Positions 59,017-64,000 of a stretch of 64,000 nt of DNA are shown here, one piece after another. The stretch comes from Spirochaetaceae bacterium (lineage in GTDB: Bacteria > Spirochaetota > Spirochaetia > DSM-27196 > SKKC01). The position numbers and the translations under genes were made by a program. Every line of letters begins with the position of its first letter. Position 1 is the stretch's first letter. Where the stretch lies: positions 2,744-66,743 of the forward strand of contig JBKHAN010000007.1 of assembly GCA_046542845.1 (NCBI GenBank), read 5' to 3'. Below the pieces are notes generated by a model, which saw nothing but the letters and a program-made list of their open reading frames with translations, did not search any database and had not been told where the DNA came from.

Positions 59017-60887
59017 AATTCCCACCACGGCAGGTACCACGGTTGCATGGCCCGGACTGCCTCTTCGTAGGTCTGGTCGGCAAAAATTCCCTGGAGGATT
59101 ACGTTGGCCGCTTTCGGTGACCAGAACTCATATTCGTTGTCCGCATCGACAAGGACGACAACCGCAACCTGATCCATAGGATCTTCCGGCTCAACAGGAG
59201 CGTAGGCAACGTACCAGCTGTGCCACTGATCGTCCCGCCCGACCTCACCGGTACCGGTCTTACCCACGCTGTCGACCGCCTGCGTTATAACCGTCCCGCG
59301 AGCGGTCCCGACGGTTACCGCTCGCCGCAAACCTTCTTCCACGTGGAGAAACGAAGACTCACGTATGGGAGCGCTTCGGAGAATTTCAGGTTGTATACGT
59401 TCAAGGACTTCGCTGGTTCCGGGATCCCTGACCTCCCGGACCAGGTGGGGTCTGTAGACGGTCCCGCGATTCGCTACCATGGCCATTACATTTGCCATCT
59501 GCAGAGGCGTGACTCCGGTGTAGCCCTGCCCTATGCTCATATTGACGGTATCACCACCAACCCAGGGCTCGCCGAAGGTACGTTCTTTCCACGTGGGCGA
59601 CGGCACAATACCAGGGCGTTCGCCCGGGATATCGATACCCGTACGTTCGCCAAGCCCGAAAATTCGTGCATAGTTACCGATCCGCTCCGCACCAAGATAC
59701 TCGTTGCCAAGCGTATAAAAGAAAAAGTTCGATGAGTTGGCGAGTGCGCCGTAGATATCAAGCGGACCAAAGCCCTGCGGCCGAAACGCAATGCCCCACT
59801 CATGAAACAGCTGATTCCCCACCCGGTACGCACCTCGTGTATTAATGATCGTGTCTGTGTCTACGAGTTCTTCTTCAAGAGCGGCGGTCGCCATGACAAT
59901 CTTGAAGGTCGAGGCCGCGGGAGCTTCGAGCTGAGTGGCACGGTTGAGGAAGGGAGACTGGGAGTCTCTCGAAAGGCTGTTGAATACCGCTGAGCCACCG
60001 CCGTACATAAAGCGGTTTGCGTCGTATCCAGGGTAGCTGTACAGCGCGAGAACCTCACCGGTTGCTACCTGTAATACGACCACTGCCCCGCTACGTTCCC
60101 CGAGCGCCTGTGCCGCGAGCTGCTGTATGTCCCGGTCAACGGTCAGGACGATGTCGTGACCGGGGACCGGTGGCGTAACCTCAAATTCACCCTCGATTTC
60201 TCTGCCAAGAACGTCGACGTCGCGGGTTCGCATTCCTTCCCGGCCCCGTAGAATCGTGTCGTATTGCTGCTCGAGTCCGGTTTTCCCGATGATGCTCCCG
60301 GCGTTGTACCCTCTGTTAAACAGAATCTGCAACTCATTTGAGGTGATTTCACCGACATACCCGAGCATGTGACTGAAAAGCTCGCCATCCGGGTAGTATC
60401 GCCGTGGATCGTTGCGCCACGTTATACCGGGGAACTGGTCACTTCGCTCGGCGATACGCACGATGGTCTCGAACGGAACGCCCGATCGGAGTTCGATTTC
60501 GCGAAACTGTCCCCGAATGTTCATCGGAACCCGTTGATGCAGCTGCTCGGTGCTGACGTCAAGCAGCCACGATAACTGTTCAAACATCGGTCCGAAGCGG
60601 TCTGCGGGAACATCCGACGGATTAATGGATACCACATAGGAGTCAACGCTTGTCGCGAGGGGGCGGCCACGGCGATCGAGAATATCGCCCCTCTGCGGTG
60701 ATAACACCGAGCTTCGTCGGGTTACTTCCTGCGCGCGAAGCGCGTACTGCGACCCGTCGATTATCTGCATCGTGAATATCTGCGCGAGATACGCCACAAT
60801 AAGCGTACCGATAATTCCGCCGATCAACAGGAGTCCGAGCTTTGATACATTATTAACGTTGTTGCCTGAGTAGCCCGACACGCTCAC
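59013..60887 (-). CDS. mrdA: Penicillin-binding protein 2 (elongasome transpeptidase)
   Basis: N-terminal TM helix, a dimerisation domain, and transpeptidase motifs STFK (AAPASTFKIV), SSN (ALANSSNFFF) and KTGT (VGKTGTGE). It sits after mreBCD. The GTG start (60887) is 10 nt after the mreD stop. Confidence 0.9.
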   Translation of the reverse strand: MSVSGYSGNNVNNVSKLGLLLIGGIIGTLIVAYLAQIFTMQIIDGSQYALRAQEVTRRSSVLSPQRGDILDRRGRPLATSVDSYVVSINPSDVPADRFGPMFEQLSWLLDVSTEQLHQRVPMNIRGQFREIELRSGVPFETIVRIAERSDQFPGITWRNDPRRYYPDGELFSHMLGYVGEITSNELQILFNRGYNAGSIIGKTGLEQQYDTILRGREGMRTRDVDVLGREIEGEFEVTPPVPGHDIVLTVDRDIQQLAAQALGERSGAVVVLQVATGEVLALYSYPGYDANRFMYGGGSAVFNSLSRDSQSPFLNRATQLEAPAASTFKIVMATAALEEELVDTDTIINTRGAYRVGNQLFHEWGIAFRPQGFGPLDIYGALANSSNFFFYTLGNEYLGAERIGNYARIFGLGERTGIDIPGERPGIVPSPTWKERTFGEPWVGGDTVNMSIGQGYTGVTPLQMANVMAMVANRGTVYRPHLVREVRDPGTSEVLERIQPEILRSAPIRESSFLHVEEGLRRAVTVGTARGTVITQAVDSVGKTGTGEVGRDDQWHSWYVAYAPVEPEDPMDQVAVVVLVDADNEYEFWSPKAANVILQGIFADQTYEEAVRAMQPWYLPWWEF

Positions 60888-60897
60888 CCCCCGTCAG

Positions 60898-61404
60898 TTA
60901 AAAATTCCGTTCGCGGTAATCCAGCAGCAACCATCGCATACGACCAAGAATCGCATACAAGAGGGGTGCAAGCACAGCGTTATACGCGATCTCGATCAGA
61001 AACCCGCCTGAGAAGACAGCCGAAACGACTCCGTCTATGCCAAAGATAAACGCCACGAGAACGAACAGTACACCCTTAAGCAGCGTCGCCAGGGCGACAA
61101 GCAGCATGGGAAACACAACCCCGTCGAGGAACACGTTTCCTTTGCTGAAACCGTACACAAAGCCTATGACCGTGTTAACAAGCGTGTAGAAGCCGAGTGG
61201 AGCCAGACTCAGAAGGTCTTGCAGCAGTCCCGACACAGCACCGGCGGCCTGCCCGACGCCTGGTCCGTTTTTATTGGCGATAAACGTGACGAGAATCAGC
61301 AGTACATCCGGGCGCACCGACAGAACTGCTACGGCATGGAGCAGATTGGTTTGCACCACAGCTACAGCAGCGATAAGGACTATGCCGGCAAGGTAGGGAA
61401 TCAT
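60898..61404 (-). CDS. mreD: Rod shape-determining protein MreD
   Basis: 168-aa polytopic membrane protein between mreC and mrdA. Its ATGA overlaps the mreC stop. Confidence 0.8.
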   Translation of the reverse strand: MIPYLAGIVLIAAVAVVQTNLLHAVAVLSVRPDVLLILVTFIANKNGPGVGQAAGAVSGLLQDLLSLAPLGFYTLVNTVIGFVYGFSKGNVFLDGVVFPMLLVALATLLKGVLFVLVAFIFGIDGVVSAVFSGGFLIEIAYNAVLAPLLYAILGRMRWLLLDYRERNF

Positions 61405-62240
61405 AGGCGGGCTTCCTGTGCCTGTATTATAAACAGGTACTCGAGTCTGTTGAGGTCCACGAAGGGACGTACGGGAACCTCGAGTGTCGGTTCATATGGA
61501 TGGGACTCGATACCCTGTACCAGCCCTATGAGTATGCCCTCGGGGTACAGCGACTGGAGGCCACTCGTAATGACCGTAGCACCATGCCGTATATCCTCCG
61601 CTGCAGACTGCGGTATGTGTCGAAGCTCGACTGCCCCGTTCGCACTGCCGGTACCGGCTGCAAGCCCCTGGTGCCGCGAATCGGAGATCATTGCCGACAC
61701 GAAAGAGCCGGGCTGGGTAATGGGCTGAACACGCGAGCTGAGTTCGCTGACCTCCACTACCCGCCCGACAAGCGCTTCACGGCCCTCCTGCACGGCAACG
61801 ACCGGCGAGTCGCGTTCCACACCGTGCCGCGATCCACGGTTAACCGTTATCGTCGAAAAAAGGCTCTGCGGATCACGCCCGATTATTTGCGCAGGCATGT
61901 GATCGTACCTGAGAGACTCTGAGAAATCGAGAATACTCCTGAGCTGCTCGTTCTCCCTCCTCAGCGACTCTATATCCTGTTCGAGAACTTCCGCCGACCT
62001 GACTCGTTCAAGCAAGGCGTCGTAATCGTCGCGCAACTGTCCCAGCTGCCGAACCGAGTCCACTGTTTCAGTGAAGAACCGTCCAAGCGAACTCACACCG
62101 GCCTGCATGACACCGAGAACAGTGCTTCCCTGATTCACCAGAGATGAGGTCGAGAACAGCAGCGACACGCTTGATACGGACACTATCAGGACAAAGACGA
62201 CCAGAGTACTGTGAAGCTTAAGGAATCCTCTGATGTCCAT
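61401..62240 (-). CDS. mreC: Rod shape-determining protein MreC
   Basis: N-terminal TM helix, a coiled coil (LRDDYDALLERVRSAEVLEQDIESLRRENEQLRSIL), then a beta domain (G.VV.V....S.V..IT.......A......G...G). I prefer ATG 62240. The track uses TTG 62255. Confidence 0.85.
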   Translation of the reverse strand: MDIRGFLKLHSTLVVFVLIVSVSSVSLLFSTSSLVNQGSTVLGVMQAGVSSLGRFFTETVDSVRQLGQLRDDYDALLERVRSAEVLEQDIESLRRENEQLRSILDFSESLRYDHMPAQIIGRDPQSLFSTITVNRGSRHGVERDSPVVAVQEGREALVGRVVEVSELSSRVQPITQPGSFVSAMISDSRHQGLAAGTGSANGAVELRHIPQSAAEDIRHGATVITSGLQSLYPEGILIGLVQGIESHPYEPTLEVPVRPFVDLNRLEYLFIIQAQEARL

Positions 62241-62262
62241 ACGCAAACCGTGCAACGCCCGA

Positions 62263-63303
62263 TCAGGCGTTCATGGAGTTATAGATGTTCCGACTGTTAT
62301 TCTTGGTCCTCATGTGTTCGAAATACATTCCGGTACCGAGACAGACACAGTTCAGCGGATCTTCCGCCTTGAAACACGGGACACCTGTCTCATTTGCGAT
62401 CAGGGTGTCGAGACCTTTCAACAGGCTTCCACCACCGGTCATGACGATGCCACGCTCGACAATATCGGCAGCAAGCTCGGGCGGAGTCTGACCGAGCGTT
62501 CGCTTTATCTCCTCGACTATGGCGTTTATCGGTTCCTGAAGAGCCTCCCGGACCTCGACGGAATCGATCTCAAGTCGACGAGGCAGACCGGTAATCGCAT
62601 CCGTACCCTTGACTTCCATCTTTTCTATCTTTTTGTCCGGAGTTGCGTTTCCAATATTCTTTTTCAGTTCCTCGGCGGTCCGTTCACCGATTATGAGGTT
62701 GTGCACGGTACGAACATGTTTCATGATCGCTTCGTCGAACTCGTCGCCGCCAAGGCGGATCGCGTTTGTAACGACCATACCGCCAAGGGAAATCACCGAT
62801 ATTTCACTGGTACCCCCACCAATATCGCAAACCATGTGCCCAGCTGGTTCGTAGATAGGAATATTCGCGCCAATTGCAGCTGCGAGCGATTCCGGGATTA
62901 CCTTCACTTCGCGCGCTCCGGCTTTATACGCTGCATCCTGTACCGCGCGTTCCTCTACCTCGGTGATGCAGGCCGGAACACCGATGACCATGCGAGGCTT
63001 CACGAACCATCTCCGTGAAAGCACACGGTGAACAAAATATCGTATCATTCGCTCGGTTGTCTCGGGATCTGCAATGACTCCGTCCCTTAACGGCCTGATC
63101 GCGATGATATCTCCTGGGGTCTTCCAGAGCATCCGTCGTGCCTCTTCCCCGACTGCGACCACCTTTCGAGTACCACGCTCCACTGCCACGACGCTCGGCT
63201 CGTTGGCGCATATCCCGCGCCCACCCACGTATACGAGCGTGTTGCAGGTACCCAGATCTATGCCGATGTCACTCGACAAACTCAGTGCTTTTCCAAACCC
63301 CAT
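62263..63303 (-). CDS. mreB: Rod shape-determining protein MreB
   Basis: [14 protein letters not shown], the actin-fold phosphate loops, [16 protein letters not shown] and [24 protein letters not shown] lies immediately upstream of the ATG (complement of 63304-63313). Confidence 0.93.
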   Translation of the reverse strand: MGFGKALSLSSDIGIDLGTCNTLVYVGGRGICANEPSVVAVERGTRKVVAVGEEARRMLWKTPGDIIAIRPLRDGVIADPETTERMIRYFVHRVLSRRWFVKPRMVIGVPACITEVEERAVQDAAYKAGAREVKVIPESLAAAIGANIPIYEPAGHMVCDIGGGTSEISVISLGGMVVTNAIRLGGDEFDEAIMKHVRTVHNLIIGERTAEELKKNIGNATPDKKIEKMEVKGTDAITGLPRRLEIDSVEVREALQEPINAIVEEIKRTLGQTPPELAADIVERGIVMTGGGSLLKGLDTLIANETGVPCFKAEDPLNCVCLGTGMYFEHMRTKNNSRNIYNSMNA

Positions 63304-63314
63304 ATTTTCCTCCG

Positions 63315-64000
63315 CTAGCTGTCCAGGCGCCGCAATGCAGCAGCGTGAGCGCTATCTATATTCACTGCGTTTCGCCATTGGGCTCGCGCACGAACTCCGT
63401 CACCCATTGCATCAAAAAGTTCTCCCAGGTAGAAATGAGCATCGGCAGAATTCGGGTCCTCTTCAAGAACGAGACGAAACTGCTCCTCGGCGCGATCGTA
63501 TCGTTCATCTGCAAGCTCGATCTGGCCCAGGAGGAAACGTGCTTCGTGCACGAGCTGTGGCTCATCCGACTCCGAGATAACTCTTTGAAGGTGAGGCAGA
63601 GCCTCACGAGACTGATTGTTTTCCACCAGTCGTTCGGCAACCGCCAGAAACGACACATCACGAGGGGATCGTTCCGCAGCCAGAAGCAGGTTCTCGATGG
63701 CACGGTCCCGGTCGTACAACCGTTCATATGAAAGCCCGAGAAACTCGTACGCTGAAGCCTCGTCGACACCCATCTCAATCGCCTGCTGAAGGTGCTCGAC
63801 GGCGAGATCGGCATAATGAGTCCCTCGCTCATAATACGCAAGCCCAAGAACAAAGTTTACTTCTGCCGAAAAGTGATCCGCCGATACCGTCTGCGCTCGA
63901 AGCAGAAACTGTATAGACGACCGAATCAGATCGTCGCGGTTTTCGAGGTCGACGTCTGCGGCGGCTGCGTAATAGCCGGCCAGACCGCGGAACACAAGCG
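63315..64000 (-). CDS. TPR repeat protein (5' end probably beyond the window)
   Basis: Repeated 34-residue TPR units (e.g. [59 protein letters not shown] and [29 protein letters not shown]). The frame is still open at position 64000. It ends 11 nt upstream of mreB. Confidence 0.7.
   Translation of the reverse strand, partial: LVFRGLAGYYAAAADVDLENRDDLIRSSIQFLLRAQTVSADHFSAEVNFVLGLAYYERGTHYADLAVEHLQQAIEMGVDEASAYEFLGLSYERLYDRDRAIENLLLAAERSPRDVSFLAVAERLVENNQSREALPHLQRVISESDEPQLVHEARFLLGQIELADERYDRAEEQFRLVLEEDPNSADAHFYLGELFDAMGDGVRARAQWRNAVNIDSAHAAALRRLDS

Overview
This is a dense, moderately GC-rich bacterial chromosomal segment. I call 55 protein-coding genes, two of them cut by the window edges. 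The largest non-coding gap is about 230 bp. By eye I see no rRNA, tRNA, CRISPR array, transposase, integrase, prophage or defence-island content. The content is mostly core housekeeping. In order: smpB; two adjacent signal-peptidase-I genes; yebC-ruvC-ruvA-ruvB-queA; tmk, divergent from tamB-bamA-skp-mutS-comF; rimP-nusA-infB-rbfA-truB-rpsO-pnp; lptF-lptG-tgt-murJ; a ~900-aa GreA; rpe; dtd; prs; recA-folK-scpA-scpB-rluB-cmk-rpsA; a GAF/sigma-54 activator next to a CHASE2 adenylate cyclase; mazG; and mreB-mreC-mreD-mrdA. The tmk/tamB-bamA-skp-mutS order and the giant GreA match what I recall of spirochaete genomes, so I infer a Spirochaetota origin. That is inference, not verified. I did not find a convincing self-contained novel system. 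The observations most worth a second look are: (1) a signal peptidase I paralogue with its Ser/Lys dyad replaced, coupled to an intact lepB; (2) a GAF-sigma54 activator two genes from a CHASE2 class-III cyclase, a possible cNMP-to-sigma54 circuit, where the activator also has a GAFTDA loop variant; (3) a promoter followed by a hairpin-U8 leader in front of rimP-nusA-infB, a candidate NusA attenuator; (4) motif anomalies in otherwise intact enzymes, namely Tmk P-loop Lys->Thr and loss of two of the three Tgt zinc-site Cys; (5) a translationally coupled three-gene TPR/secreted-protein module of unknown function. All functional calls come from reading motifs in the translations. No database search was possible.
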